64,000 nt of DNA from Eubacteriales bacterium (GTDB lineage Bacteria > Bacillota > Clostridia > Oscillospirales > JAAYXM01). Shown here one piece after another: positions 42,566 to 52,844 of the stretch. Both the position numbers and the translations under genes were made by a program. The notes below the pieces were generated by a model, which saw only the letters and a program-made list of their open reading frames with translations, was not told the origin of the DNA and searched no databases. The stretch is from NCBI GenBank assembly GCA_045595365.1, contig JAZOAI010000028.1:14621-78620 (forward strand), written 5' to 3'. The stretch's first letter is position 1, and each line of letters begins with the position of its first letter.

Positions 42566-43504
42566 TTATTTGAAGGCCTCAGGGTGGAATTCTTTTGCCA
42601 ACTTTTCAACGGAATATGCCATTCTTGCCCCGGGGAGAACGCTCTCAAGCGTTATTGTTGCAAATCGCTTTTCTTTCACGCAGTCAAGGCGCGAAAGTGT
42701 TGGGTTTGAGCATATTTCTGCAATTTTCGCTTTCACCGAAGGAGAATCATAATCGTGAATCAGGATTATGTCAGGATTTCTCACAAGAACTTCCTCGTAG
42801 CTCACCGTGACCCACTGTTTGTCACGGATATCCGAAAAAATATTTTCGCCGCCTGCAAGCTCTATCAGTCTCGTTTCAAAATTTTCGCCGGAACACGTGA
42901 AAACTCCGTCGTTTCCGCTATCGTACACAAGAACCTTCACCGTTTTTTTCCCGGAAAGCTTCTCTGCGACGGAACCTATGCGCGCCTTCTGGTCATTTAT
43001 AAAGCTTTCGGCCTTTTCTTCAACACGAAAAATCTTTCCGATGTCAGATATTTCCTTATACTGCTCCTCTATTGTCATCGCGGAATTTACATACACATTC
43101 ATCCCGAATTTCTCAGCTTCTTCAATGTTGCAGCCCGCATCGCCAATTTCCCAGTCTATTGCGTAGATAAAATCCGCGCCGCTTGAAAGGATCCTCTCGC
43201 GGGTCGCTGAAGCATAGTTGAGCTCGGGAATTGAATTCACCGCCTCTGCATATTCCGGAAGCGGCCCTCGGCTGTGGTTTATGAGTGAGCGACCGCATAC
43301 CTTATCAGAAAGCCCGAGGGCTGCAAAAAGCTCCGTACAATTAGGGCCGAGAGTCAGCACCCGCTCGGGAACCGCAGAAATTTCGACTTCCCTTCCGTAG
43401 TTTGAAACAACAAGCGCGCCCGGTGGGGCAACCTCAGATAAAGAAACGTTGCTGCAAGCACCGAAAAGCACACACATAAGAGCAAGCAAAACTATTTTCT
43501 TCAT
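42566..43504 (-). CDS. ABC transporter substrate-binding lipoprotein (iron-siderophore/cobalamin, FecB/BtuF-type)
   Basis: Lipobox LFGAC and a periplasmic-binding-protein type 2 layout. It is in an operon with a FecCD-type permease and a FepC-type ATPase. Confidence 0.8.
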   Translation of the reverse strand: MKKIVLLALMCVLFGACSNVSLSEVAPPGALVVSNYGREVEISAVPERVLTLGPNCTELFAALGLSDKVCGRSLINHSRGPLPEYAEAVNSIPELNYASATRERILSSGADFIYAIDWEIGDAGCNIEEAEKFGMNVYVNSAMTIEEQYKEISDIGKIFRVEEKAESFINDQKARIGSVAEKLSGKKTVKVLVYDSGNDGVFTCSGENFETRLIELAGGENIFSDIRDKQWVTVSYEEVLVRNPDIILIHDYDSPSVKAKIAEICSNPTLSRLDCVKEKRFATITLESVLPGARMAYSVEKLAKEFHPEAFK

Positions 43505-43507
43505 AGT

Positions 43508-44290
43508 TTACATCCCCTTTCTTGAATATCCGCTGAAATACGAAATTGCCAGCTTTCCGTTTTCGGAGTTTTTCGAAACCATTGAGTGAACCCCGAATAT
43601 GTCTAGTATATTCTCCTTTGTCAGCACCTCTTCAGGGGTCCCTGAAAGCACAATTCCCCCCTCCTTCATAACATAGAGCCTGTCGCAGTAGAGGGCAGCG
43701 AGGTTTAAGTCGTGCATAGCGGATAAAACCGTTATATTAAGCCTTTTTATAAAATCAAATATTTCAAGCTGGTAGCTTATATCAAGATGATTGGTTGGTT
43801 CGTCAAGAATAAAAAAGTCGCTCTCCTGGGCAACTGCGCGGGCAAGCAGAACGCGCTGCTTTTCTCCGCCTGAGAGGCTCATAAAGCTTCTCTCCCCCAT
43901 TTCCTCCATGCCGAGGTGTTCAAGCGCGTGGTGAATCATATGCTTATCATCGAAGGTATCCGGCTCAAAGAGGCGTTTATGCGGAGTTCTTCCCATCGCG
44001 ACTATCTCGGACACTGAAAAATCAAACGGAACTTCGTTCTCCTGCCCGACTACCGCCATTTTAAGCGAAACTTCGCGGTTTGACAGCTTGCGAATGGGCT
44101 TTCCGTCAAGAAATATTTCTCCCGATGAAGGAGTGAGGGCGCGGTAAACGTTTTTGAGAACGGTTGTTTTCCCTGAACCGTTCGGGCCTATTATCCCGAC
44201 AAATTCTCCGTTTTGGACATCAAGGCTTATGTTTTTTACCGTACTTTTGTTGTCGTAGGAAAAGCTGAGATTTTCTATCTTTAGCTTCAT
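43508..44290 (-). CDS. ABC transporter ATP-binding protein (FepC/FecE-type)
   Basis: Walker A GPNGSGKTT, signature LSGGEKQR and Walker B FFILDEPT. Confidence 0.9.
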   Translation of the reverse strand: MKLKIENLSFSYDNKSTVKNISLDVQNGEFVGIIGPNGSGKTTVLKNVYRALTPSSGEIFLDGKPIRKLSNREVSLKMAVVGQENEVPFDFSVSEIVAMGRTPHKRLFEPDTFDDKHMIHHALEHLGMEEMGERSFMSLSGGEKQRVLLARAVAQESDFFILDEPTNHLDISYQLEIFDFIKRLNITVLSAMHDLNLAALYCDRLYVMKEGGIVLSGTPEEVLTKENILDIFGVHSMVSKNSENGKLAISYFSGYSRKGM

Positions 44291-45360
44291 CTCATTCTCC
44301 CTTCCCTTCCGTTTCTTTTGAGCATGATTATAAACACAGGCCCGCCTATTACTGCCGTGAGAACGCCAACCGGAAGCTCCTCCGGAGAAACAAGCATACG
44401 TGCCGCGACATCAGCCCACACGACAAATATGCCGCCGAGAAGAGCGGATACCGGGAGAAGGCGCCTGTGGTCACTGCCGACAAGCAGCCGTGCAAGATGT
44501 GGCATCATAAGCCCCACAAAGCCGATGCTTCCGCTTACCGAAACGCAAGCCCCCGCAATTACAGATGCACAAAGAATAAGCTGTTTCTGCAGACTTTTTA
44601 CATTAACGCCGAGCGTAATTGCAGACGACTCTCCGAGCAGGAGCGCATTGAGGCCTCTGTAATTAATCAGAAGAAACACTACGGACAAAATAAGAACCGC
44701 CGTCGGAAGCGTGAGATATTCCCACCTCGCCCCGGCAAGGCTTCCCGACATCCAGAACTCCGCGTTGTGAAGCCCGAGAGAGTTCGGAGAGGAGAGCTTT
44801 ATTATGCTTGTGATTCCGTCCATTATCATAGAAACGGCAACGCCCGAAAGCAAAAGCCAGGTTATGTTGATTCTGCCGCTCGTGCGCGAAATGATGTATA
44901 CTGCAATAATTGTTACCGCCGCGCCTAAAAATGCGCTTATTGAAAGCGAGTATATCCCGAAAAAGGAGAATGCCCCGAAAAGCATCCCGAAGGTTGCAAA
45001 TGCGCTCGCTCCGGAGGAAACGCCGAGAATAAACGGGTCTGCTAGCTTATTTCTTACAAGCGCCTGCATTGCAACTCCGCAGACAGAAAGAGACGCCCCG
45101 ACCACAAAGCCCAAAAGAGCGCGAGGCAGGCGCAGATGTAAAACTATGTTCCGGGTGACCTCATTCCATTCCCCGGGGATGAGTTCCCCAATAAAAGGAA
45201 GTTTCGAGAGCAGGATTCCGAGTGTCGCCCCGGGTGACACGGAAACAGGGCCGATTCCACTTGCGATTATCACCGAAACAACTGCCGAAAGCGCAAGCAA
45301 GGCTAAAACTCCTGCCGTATTTTTCCCTTCTCTTTTTAATTTCTTTCCTTTTTTCATCAT
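44287..45360 (-). CDS. FecCD-family ABC permease
   Basis: Polytopic membrane protein with a FecCD-like sequence. Start set to the ATG at 45360 behind tggag. Confidence 0.85.
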   Translation of the reverse strand: MMKKGKKLKREGKNTAGVLALLALSAVVSVIIASGIGPVSVSPGATLGILLSKLPFIGELIPGEWNEVTRNIVLHLRLPRALLGFVVGASLSVCGVAMQALVRNKLADPFILGVSSGASAFATFGMLFGAFSFFGIYSLSISAFLGAAVTIIAVYIISRTSGRINITWLLLSGVAVSMIMDGITSIIKLSSPNSLGLHNAEFWMSGSLAGARWEYLTLPTAVLILSVVFLLINYRGLNALLLGESSAITLGVNVKSLQKQLILCASVIAGACVSVSGSIGFVGLMMPHLARLLVGSDHRRLLPVSALLGGIFVVWADVAARMLVSPEELPVGVLTAVIGGPVFIIMLKRNGREGRMR

Positions 45361-45392
45361 TCCAACTCCAGGTATGATAATAAATTTCAACT

Positions 45393-45416
45393 AAAGGCGC
45401 AGAAATCTGCGCCTTT
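45393..45416 (-). terminator. Terminator of uxuA
   Basis: Stem aaaggcgcag / ctgcgccttt. Confidence 0.6.
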
Positions 45417-45431
45417 AGTTGCATACATAAT

Positions 45432-46517
45432 CTATTTAATTCCCTTTATTCTGTCAAGCGTATCCCAGATGCCGTGCATATACATAATGCCAAGTGCGCG
45501 GTCATAGAGGCCGTACCCCGGTCGGACCTTACCCGGGCCTTCATCCCAGAGATGTCTGCCGTGGTCAGGGCGGATATACCCATCAAATCCGCAGTCGTGA
45601 TATGCCTTTACTATCTCAAGGATTCCCGTGTCCCCATCGCAATCGCGGTGAGATGCCTCGGAGAAGTCGCCGTTCGGGAAGTTCTTGACGTTTCTGATAT
45701 GAGCAAATGCGATTCTGTCGCAGTGCTTGCGCACAATGTCTGCAACGTTGTTGTTCGGGTTTGCACCGAGAGAGCCCGAGCAGAGGGTGAGGCAGTTGTA
45801 TGGGTCGTCAACCATCTTGAGGAAACGGTCGATGTTTTCTTCATTGATGAGAAGACGCGGAATTCCGAAAATATCCCATGGTGGATCGTCCATATGGATA
45901 GCCATTTTGACATCGCACTCATGGCAGGTGGGCATAATAGCCTCAAGGAAGTACTTAAGGTTTGCCCAGAGCTTTTCGTGGGTGATGCCTTCATATGCCT
46001 TGAAGAGTTCATCAAGCTTTGCCATTCTCTCAGGCTCCCAGCCCGGGAAGGACATATTATACTTCTCGGTAAAGCCGAGGATATAATCGGCCATGGCCTT
46101 GTAGTCGTCCTGAATCATTCCCTTTTCATAGAAAAGAGCAGTTGAGCCGTCGCCGACCTCATGGAAAAGATTGCTTCTTGTCCAGTCAAAAATGGGCATG
46201 AAATTATAGCAGATTACCTTTACGCCGAATTTTGCGACGTTGCGGATGCACTGCTTGTAGTTTTCTATGTATTTATCTCTTGTGGGAAGACCTATCTTGA
46301 TGTCATCGTGGACATTGATAGACTCGATAACATCCATATTGAAGCCGTATTCATCAAGCTGGCGCTTGACCTCGGCAATCTCCTCTTCTTCCCATATCTC
46401 TCCCGGCATTTTGTGATGAAGAGCCCATACTATTCCATCAACGCCCGGAATCTGCTTGATATCAGAAAGGCTTATATTGTCGTTTCCCTTTCCGTACCAG
46501 CGAAATGTCATTTTCAT
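45432..46517 (-). CDS. uxuA: Mannonate dehydratase
   Basis: MKMTFRWYG... N-terminus and full-length UxuA-like sequence. The ATG at 46517 is preferred over the GTG at 46526. Confidence 0.85.
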   Translation of the reverse strand: MKMTFRWYGKGNDNISLSDIKQIPGVDGIVWALHHKMPGEIWEEEEIAEVKRQLDEYGFNMDVIESINVHDDIKIGLPTRDKYIENYKQCIRNVAKFGVKVICYNFMPIFDWTRSNLFHEVGDGSTALFYEKGMIQDDYKAMADYILGFTEKYNMSFPGWEPERMAKLDELFKAYEGITHEKLWANLKYFLEAIMPTCHECDVKMAIHMDDPPWDIFGIPRLLINEENIDRFLKMVDDPYNCLTLCSGSLGANPNNNVADIVRKHCDRIAFAHIRNVKNFPNGDFSEASHRDCDGDTGILEIVKAYHDCGFDGYIRPDHGRHLWDEGPGKVRPGYGLYDRALGIMYMHGIWDTLDRIKGIK

Positions 46518-46592
46518 AATTACCACCCCTTTATCTGTGTTCCTTTATATTACCATAAATTTGCAAAGTATGCAATGACCTCTTTTTGATTT

Positions 46593-47435
46593 TTAGCTCC
46601 GCGGAAGCACAAATTTGCGTTCGCGCCGCGCGGAGACTTTCACTTCCTTCCCCGTTACGGGGTGTATAAAGCCCAATGTCGCGGCGTGAAGCCCGAGCCT
46701 GCCTATCGGATTTTTAGTGCTGCCGTATTTTTTATCCCCGACAACGGGATGGCCAAGCTCTTTCATATGCACACGAATCTGGTTTTTTCGACCCGTAAGA
46801 AGCTTTAGGCGCACGAGCGAAAAATCCCCTGACTCATGCAAAACCTCATAGTCCGTAATCGCGCGCTTCCCCGCTTTTGCGGAATACATAACGTGGACTG
46901 AGTTTTCAGCAATAAGCGAGTCACACCGCCCTGATTTTTCTTCAAATATGCCTTCGCATATCGCCGTATATTCGCGCAGCGTCACTCTCTCGTTCCAATT
47001 CTCCTGCATCATATCGCGTATCTCGCGGCTTTTGGCAAAAAGGAGAACTCCCGATGTTTCCCGATCAAGGCGGTGGAGGACATATACCTCGCCCCGCCTG
47101 TGTTCTGAAAGCAGTGCATAGGCTGTTCTGATTTTCTCACCGTCAGTCGCAACTGTCAGAAGCTTTGCAGGCTTATTGACTGCGACAAAATAATCGTCTT
47201 CATATATAATTTCTATGCCACGCACCTTGACGCTGCCCTCAGACATTGATATTTTGACGATGTCCCCCGCATTTATCTGGTGGTCAAATTTCGTTGTCAC
47301 AGTTCCGTTTACGGAAATCTGGCGGTGTTCAAGGTATGATTTCACCTTCCCGCGCGGTGTTTTTTTCAGCTCACCATATAAAAACGCTAAAAGTGCGGCA
47401 GACTCTCTTGCCGTAAGAACTATGTCCTTTTTCAT
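46593..47435 (-). CDS. RluA-family pseudouridine synthase with N-terminal S4 domain
   Basis: HRLDRETSGVLLFAK catalytic-Asp motif and an S4-like N-terminus. The start is uncertain (ATG 47435 or TTG 47444). Confidence 0.85.
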   Translation of the reverse strand: MKKDIVLTARESAALLAFLYGELKKTPRGKVKSYLEHRQISVNGTVTTKFDHQINAGDIVKISMSEGSVKVRGIEIIYEDDYFVAVNKPAKLLTVATDGEKIRTAYALLSEHRRGEVYVLHRLDRETSGVLLFAKSREIRDMMQENWNERVTLREYTAICEGIFEEKSGRCDSLIAENSVHVMYSAKAGKRAITDYEVLHESGDFSLVRLKLLTGRKNQIRVHMKELGHPVVGDKKYGSTKNPIGRLGLHAATLGFIHPVTGKEVKVSARRERKFVLPRS

Positions 47436-47461
47436 AAAAAACAATCCCGATTCTTTATTTT

Positions 47462-48610
47462 TTATACAATCTCGCTGTAGCTTCCGAAGTATTTAAAGCC
47501 GTCCATATCGTTGCTCAAATCACATATAAGCTCAAAAAGCTCAGGAGAATAAACTGATGCCCCGAGGTCAAAATAGAACATAAACTCAAAATCGCTCCCT
47601 GGTTTCGGGCGGCTTTCAAGCTTTTCAAGATTTATCCCGAGAGAATTTATACGCGCAAGCACGCGATAAAGCGAACCGGGCTTATGCGGAATTTTGAGCA
47701 TAAGGCTGGTTTTGTCCGCTCCCGGATAAATCTCGAGTTCCTTTGAAATGCAGATAAATCTCGTGTAGTTGCCGATATGGTCGCACACGTTATCAGAAAG
47801 CACTGAAAGCTCATACAGCTCGGCGCACGCAGGAGAGGATAGCGCCGCAATATCCCGTCTGTCAGATTCGGCGACAAGGCGCGCCGCAACAGCGGTGTTT
47901 TCGCATACGGTTACCTTTATGTTTTTGTTTTCGGAGAGAAATTCACTACACTGATTTATTGCCTGCTCGTGTGAGAAAATCTCGCGGATTTCCGAAAGCT
48001 CCGTGCCGCGCTTTGCAAGAAGCGCGTGGCCAACCTGAATCCTCGCGCCGCGCACAATGTGGAACTTGTATTTTGCCATGAGGTCATAAATTTTGTTGAC
48101 GGACCCCGCCGTGCTGTTTTCAATAGGCAAAACGCCGTATTTGCACAGACGTTTGTCGACCGCTTTGAAGACATCCTCAAAGCTTCCGAAATACATAATG
48201 CTCGGCTTTTTAAAGAGCTTTTCACACGCTATCTGCGAATATGCCCCCTCTACCCCCTGGCAGGCAACAACGGCACTTTCAGGAAAAATCTTTTCAGTTT
48301 TTTCGATTGCACCTTCCATAAGCGAGCGGATCTCGCTGTCATTTGCGGAGAGCTTTTTCTGATATGCGCGCGAGGTATCCATCATGGTCTGATAAATAAC
48401 TCTGACGTAATTTGCGATGTTCTTATCGGAATAGCCTTCCACGCGGTCTAAAAGCTCGCGCTCACGCTTCGGGTCATAGACAGGAAGCTTGTTCTCGCGC
48501 TTATATTCACCTATTTTTGAGGCGATTTCCATTCGCTTGTTTATAAGCCCAACCAATTCGCGGTCGGTTTCGTCAATTTTCTTTCGAAGGTCCCGAATAT
48601 CCATTTTCAT
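47462..48610 (-). CDS. pheA: Bifunctional chorismate mutase / prephenate dehydratase
   Basis: N-terminal AroQ chorismate mutase helix (LRKKIDETDRELVGLINKRMEIA), a PDT domain and a C-terminal ACT domain. Confidence 0.9.
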   Translation of the reverse strand: MKMDIRDLRKKIDETDRELVGLINKRMEIASKIGEYKRENKLPVYDPKRERELLDRVEGYSDKNIANYVRVIYQTMMDTSRAYQKKLSANDSEIRSLMEGAIEKTEKIFPESAVVACQGVEGAYSQIACEKLFKKPSIMYFGSFEDVFKAVDKRLCKYGVLPIENSTAGSVNKIYDLMAKYKFHIVRGARIQVGHALLAKRGTELSEIREIFSHEQAINQCSEFLSENKNIKVTVCENTAVAARLVAESDRRDIAALSSPACAELYELSVLSDNVCDHIGNYTRFICISKELEIYPGADKTSLMLKIPHKPGSLYRVLARINSLGINLEKLESRPKPGSDFEFMFYFDLGASVYSPELFELICDLSNDMDGFKYFGSYSEIV

Positions 48611-48618
48611 TTTTCCTC

Positions 48619-49683
48619 CTAAATCATCATATCAAGAATCGCAATCGCAAGAGCCGCTTCCATAACCGGAACTGCACGCGGAACAATGCACGGGTCATGA
48701 CGCCCGTGTATGACAAGCTCGCGCTCGCACATCTCAGAAAGGCTCACGCTCTTCTGCGGCTTTGCGATAGACGGCGTCGGCTTTATTGCTGCGCGGAATA
48801 TTATCGGCATCCCTGACGTTATCCCGCCGAGAACCCCGCCGTGATTATTCGTCTCGGTTTTTATTCTTCCCCGGGAGATACAAAATGCATCATTACACTC
48901 ACTTCCGCGCATTGAAGCTGCCGAAAAGCCTGCGCCGAATTCAATTCCCTTTACCGCAGGAATCCCGAAAACGATGCTTGCTATTCTGTTCTCGACACCG
49001 CCGAACATCGGCTCACCGAGCGATGCGGGCACTCCTGTTGCCGCGCACTCAATGACCCCGCCGACGGAATCGCCGTCTTCCTTTGCGTTGATAATTTCCG
49101 AGAGCATTTTTTCTCGCGCACGCTCATCAAGAACGGGGATGTCTCCTCCGATAACCTCCGAAAGCTCGGGGGCAACCGAGTTAAAAAGCCTGTCGTTTAC
49201 GTCTCCGATGCTCGCTGTATGTGCCGCAATTTTTATGCCGCGCTTTGCGAGGTACTGAAGGCTTATCGCGCCTGCAATGCAGAGCGGTGCGGTGAGCCTT
49301 CCCGAGAACTGCCCGCCGCCGCGAATGTCGTGAGCGGTTCCGTATTTCATATATGCCGCAAAGTCTGAATGACCCGGGCGCGGAACGTCGCGAAGATTGC
49401 TGTAATCCTCTGAGTGCGTGTTGGTGTTTTTTATTATCGCGCAAATCGGCGCACCTGTGGTAACCCCATCGACTACTCCCGAGAGAAACTCAGGAACGTC
49501 TTTTTCGCATCTCGCCGTTGTATGCGCGCCCTTTCCGGGAGCGCGGCGCGCCATAAATGCGGAAAGTTCTTCCATATCAATCCGGAAGTCTGCGGGAAAT
49601 CCGTCAATCACAACTCCGATTGCTTCGGAATGTGACTGCCCGAAAATTGATATTTTAAAATTTTCTCCAAAAACAGAACTCAT
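48619..49683 (-). CDS. aroC: Chorismate synthase
   Basis: FGQSHSEAIGVVIDG and RPGHSD motifs. Confidence 0.95.
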   Translation of the reverse strand: MSSVFGENFKISIFGQSHSEAIGVVIDGFPADFRIDMEELSAFMARRAPGKGAHTTARCEKDVPEFLSGVVDGVTTGAPICAIIKNTNTHSEDYSNLRDVPRPGHSDFAAYMKYGTAHDIRGGGQFSGRLTAPLCIAGAISLQYLAKRGIKIAAHTASIGDVNDRLFNSVAPELSEVIGGDIPVLDERAREKMLSEIINAKEDGDSVGGVIECAATGVPASLGEPMFGGVENRIASIVFGIPAVKGIEFGAGFSAASMRGSECNDAFCISRGRIKTETNNHGGVLGGITSGMPIIFRAAIKPTPSIAKPQKSVSLSEMCERELVIHGRHDPCIVPRAVPVMEAALAIAILDMMI

Positions 49684-49686
49684 TTT

Positions 49687-50952
49687 CTATTCCTCCGACA
49701 CGTGTATATTGCAACCGAGTTTTTTGTACTCATCAAAGAAGTTCCCATAGGATTTCTTCACAGCTTCAGCGCCGAGAATGTTCACCTCCCGATCGCTGAC
49801 TGCCGCAGCAACTGCGGCGCTCATAACTATTCTGTGGTCATTTGCAGATGAAACGCTTCCTCCGCAAAGCGCATCTTTTCCCGAAATATAAATACAATCA
49901 TCTTCCGTTCTTATCTCGCCTCCGAGATTTCTTATCATAGCTTCAGTTGTCAGAATCCTGTCGCTTTCTTTGATTCTGAGCCTGCCGGCGTTGTATATTT
50001 CCGTCTCGCCTTTCGCAACCGATGCCGCAACCGATAGTACCGGAACGAGGTCAGGAATGGGCGCCGCATCAATCCGGATTCCGGAGAGCTCGCCACGCCT
50101 GACGGTGAAAAAATCCTTTCCGCAGATTACCTTGGCTCCAAAACGGCCCAAAATATCAAGAATTTCACGGTCGCCCTGGATGCTTTCATTATCCACCCCG
50201 CGGCAAGTTACGCCCTCATCTGAAAATGCGCCGAGAACGGCCCAGAACGCCGCGTTTGACCAGTCACCTTCAACGATAAATCTTCCGGGGGGCTTATATT
50301 TCTGATTTCCTTTTATATATATCCTGTTTTCGCATCGAATAGCTTCTATCCCGAATTTTGAAACGGCGTCGAGCGTTATGTCTATGTAGCTTTCGGACTC
50401 GACCTTCCCCGTTATCTCAATTTCACTATCGCCCGGAAGAAGCGGAAGCGCAAAAATCAGCCCTGAAATAAACTGCGAGCTTATATCTCCGCGAATTATG
50501 AACTTTCCGCTGCGGAGGCCGCCCTTCATAACGAGAGGAAGGGCTCCGTTATACTCAAACTCTGCGCCGTTTTCAGAAAGAGCTTCAAGAAGTGGCGCAA
50601 TGGGTCTCGTCGGGAGCCGCCCGAAGCCACGAAACTCAACGTCAAAACCGAGCGCCGCCGCAACGGGAATCAGAAACCTGAGCGTTGACCCGCTCTCGCC
50701 GCAATCAAGCGTAACCCTTTCTCCCGCGCGGCCGGGTTTTACAAAAATCGACCCGTTTTTTCTTTCGACCTTCGCACCGAGGGACTCAATGCAACGGATT
50801 GTTGCTTCTATATCCTGCGACATCGCATCACATACAAGCTCCGTCATCTCTTCTGAAAGTGCCGCGCATATGAGCGCTCTGTGGGCAACGGATTTTGAGG
50901 GAATCACCCTGACTTCTCCGCGCGGATTTTTGCAAGAAAGTGAAACGTTCAT
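49687..50952 (-). CDS. aroA: 3-phosphoshikimate 1-carboxyvinyltransferase (EPSP synthase)
   Basis: PSKSVAHRALI and LDCGESGSTLRF motifs, and its position in the aro operon. Confidence 0.9.
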   Translation of the reverse strand: MNVSLSCKNPRGEVRVIPSKSVAHRALICAALSEEMTELVCDAMSQDIEATIRCIESLGAKVERKNGSIFVKPGRAGERVTLDCGESGSTLRFLIPVAAALGFDVEFRGFGRLPTRPIAPLLEALSENGAEFEYNGALPLVMKGGLRSGKFIIRGDISSQFISGLIFALPLLPGDSEIEITGKVESESYIDITLDAVSKFGIEAIRCENRIYIKGNQKYKPPGRFIVEGDWSNAAFWAVLGAFSDEGVTCRGVDNESIQGDREILDILGRFGAKVICGKDFFTVRRGELSGIRIDAAPIPDLVPVLSVAASVAKGETEIYNAGRLRIKESDRILTTEAMIRNLGGEIRTEDDCIYISGKDALCGGSVSSANDHRIVMSAAVAAAVSDREVNILGAEAVKKSYGNFFDEYKKLGCNIHVSEE

Positions 50953-52011
50953 TTATTCTCTCTCCAATCCCGCCTCAAAAAAGCTTTTAATCTCGTTTTC
51001 AGGTAATCTCACAAGGATGCTCTCACCACGTTTTTTCGGAAGAACGAGGGTTATGCTCCCCGCGAAGCGCTTTTTATCCGAAAGCGCCACCGAAAAAAGC
51101 TGCTCTGCCGAAAATTCACATACTGTCGGAAGCGAAAACCGCCCGCAGAGCTTTGAGAGTTCATCCGCCACTCCGCTCTCGCAATATCCGAGTTTTTCAG
51201 CCGCGCGCGCCATAATACACATTCCTGCGGCAACTGCTCTGCCGTGGGAAATTTTAAAATTGCTCAGTTTTTCTATCGCGTGTGCCGGAGTGTGCCCGAA
51301 GTTGAGAAGCTGCCTCTCACCACGGTCAAACTCGTCTGCCGCGACGATATCGCTTTTTATCCTGACGCACGCACCTATTATTTCAGGCAGATTTTTGAAA
51401 ACTCCGTCTTCTATCAATCTGAAAATTTCATCGTTTCTGATTGCGCCATATTTTATTACCTCTGCCATTCCGTCTGAAAAAATATCCTCCGGAAGAGCTT
51501 TTATGATTTTCGTATCACATATAACGCAAGACGGCTGATAAAACGCGCCGGCAAGGTTCTTCCCTGCTTCAAGGTTTATTGCAGTTTTTCCCCCGACCGA
51601 AGAATCCACCGCCGCGAGAAGGGTTGTCGGAATCTGGATAAATGTGACCCCGCGGAGATATGTCGATGCAACAAATCCCGCAAGGTCCCCCACTACGCCG
51701 CCGCCGAGCGCAATTATGCAGTCTGCGCGGTTAAACTTCTCCTTAGCAAGGCGGTTTATGAGCCATATGAAGTTTTCTGCACTCTTTGATGCCTCTCCCG
51801 CCGGAACAGTAAGCTCCAGTGTCTTAAAGCCCTTGTCCTCAAGAGAGCGTCTGACAATGTCTGAAAATAACTTTTTTGTTGTTGTGTCGGAAATTATTGC
51901 GGCGTTTTTCCCCACGCATACCTTCGAAATAATTTCCCCTGCCTGTTCGATTATCCCGTCTTCTATGATAACATCATAGCTTTTTGTCGCCGGGACTGTT
52001 ATTCTTTCCAC
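50953..52011 (-). CDS. aroB: 3-dehydroquinate synthase
   Basis: ALGGGVVGDLAGF and PTTLLAAVDSSVGGKT motifs. Confidence 0.9.
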   Translation of the reverse strand: MERITVPATKSYDVIIEDGIIEQAGEIISKVCVGKNAAIISDTTTKKLFSDIVRRSLEDKGFKTLELTVPAGEASKSAENFIWLINRLAKEKFNRADCIIALGGGVVGDLAGFVASTYLRGVTFIQIPTTLLAAVDSSVGGKTAINLEAGKNLAGAFYQPSCVICDTKIIKALPEDIFSDGMAEVIKYGAIRNDEIFRLIEDGVFKNLPEIIGACVRIKSDIVAADEFDRGERQLLNFGHTPAHAIEKLSNFKISHGRAVAAGMCIMARAAEKLGYCESGVADELSKLCGRFSLPTVCEFSAEQLFSVALSDKKRFAGSITLVLPKKRGESILVRLPENEIKSFFEAGLERE

Positions 52012-52844
52012 TCTACATCTATCCTTTCCTTGCGCAATCTCCCCTCACGCAGAAGCTGCATAAGGCGAGGGGCGTCGTTTTCCGCAAGAGCGTCTCTGTA
52101 TTCAGCAAGCGAATCTATAAGAAAATCTATCTCAGACATAAGGTTTCCACGGTTTGCGAGAAACAGCTCCGTCCACATGGCTTCCGAGAGCTTTGCAACG
52201 CGGGTGAGGTCGCGGTAGCTTCCCGCCGAAAAGCCTTTGTGGCCCTCAGCTCTCGGGCTTTTCACATAAGCGTTTGAAACGACGTGAGCAAGCTGAGAGG
52301 TGTATGCTATTATTTCATCGTGCCGCTCGGCACTTGTGACGGTTATGTGAGAAAAGCCGGCACCCTTTAAAACCTTCTTGACCTTTTCGAGAAACGTTAT
52401 ATCCTCGCCCGCTTTCGGAACAAGAATCATACACGCCCCTGCAAAAAGCTTTTCCGTTGCATACTTAAAACCCGAAAACTGGCGCCCCGCCATAGGGTGA
52501 CCGCCGACGTAATCAAACCCGAACTTTTCCGAAAGCTCAAAAAGCCTCGGACAAACGCTCTCCTTAACTCCGCAGCAGTCTATAACACAGCAGGATGAGC
52601 TTATATATTTTGCGTTTTTCTCCATATATTCCACCGCGGCAGAAGGATACATCGCGAGAAAGAGAAAATCACACTCGGCTATATTCTCCTCAGATAACTT
52701 CCCATCGACCGCGTTGACGAGCACCGCACGCTTGAATGTAACCTCGTCGCAGTCTGCGCCGAGAACGGTGAAATCGGTATTGAACTTATACGCCTTTGCA
52801 AGTGAGCCGCCTATAAGACCAAGCCCCGCTATCCCTATCGTCAT
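51999..52844 (-). CDS. tyrA: Prephenate dehydrogenase
   Basis: N-terminal GLGLIGGS Rossmann motif and GGHPMAG. It overlaps the aroB start by 13 nt. Confidence 0.85.
   Translation of the reverse strand: MTIGIAGLGLIGGSLAKAYKFNTDFTVLGADCDEVTFKRAVLVNAVDGKLSEENIAECDFLFLAMYPSAAVEYMEKNAKYISSSCCVIDCCGVKESVCPRLFELSEKFGFDYVGGHPMAGRQFSGFKYATEKLFAGACMILVPKAGEDITFLEKVKKVLKGAGFSHITVTSAERHDEIIAYTSQLAHVVSNAYVKSPRAEGHKGFSAGSYRDLTRVAKLSEAMWTELFLANRGNLMSEIDFLIDSLAEYRDALAENDAPRLMQLLREGRLRKERIDVEWKE

Noticed and set aside
50498-51538. Long antisense ORFs opposite real genes (e.g. 50498-51538 +, 41894-42709 +, 57959-58813 -, 44804-45394 +, 35891-36484 -, 33895-34383 -)
   Set aside because: They lie entirely within confidently identified genes on the other strand and lack an RBS. 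Their Ser/Arg/Pro-rich or low-complexity translations are typical of shadow ORFs.
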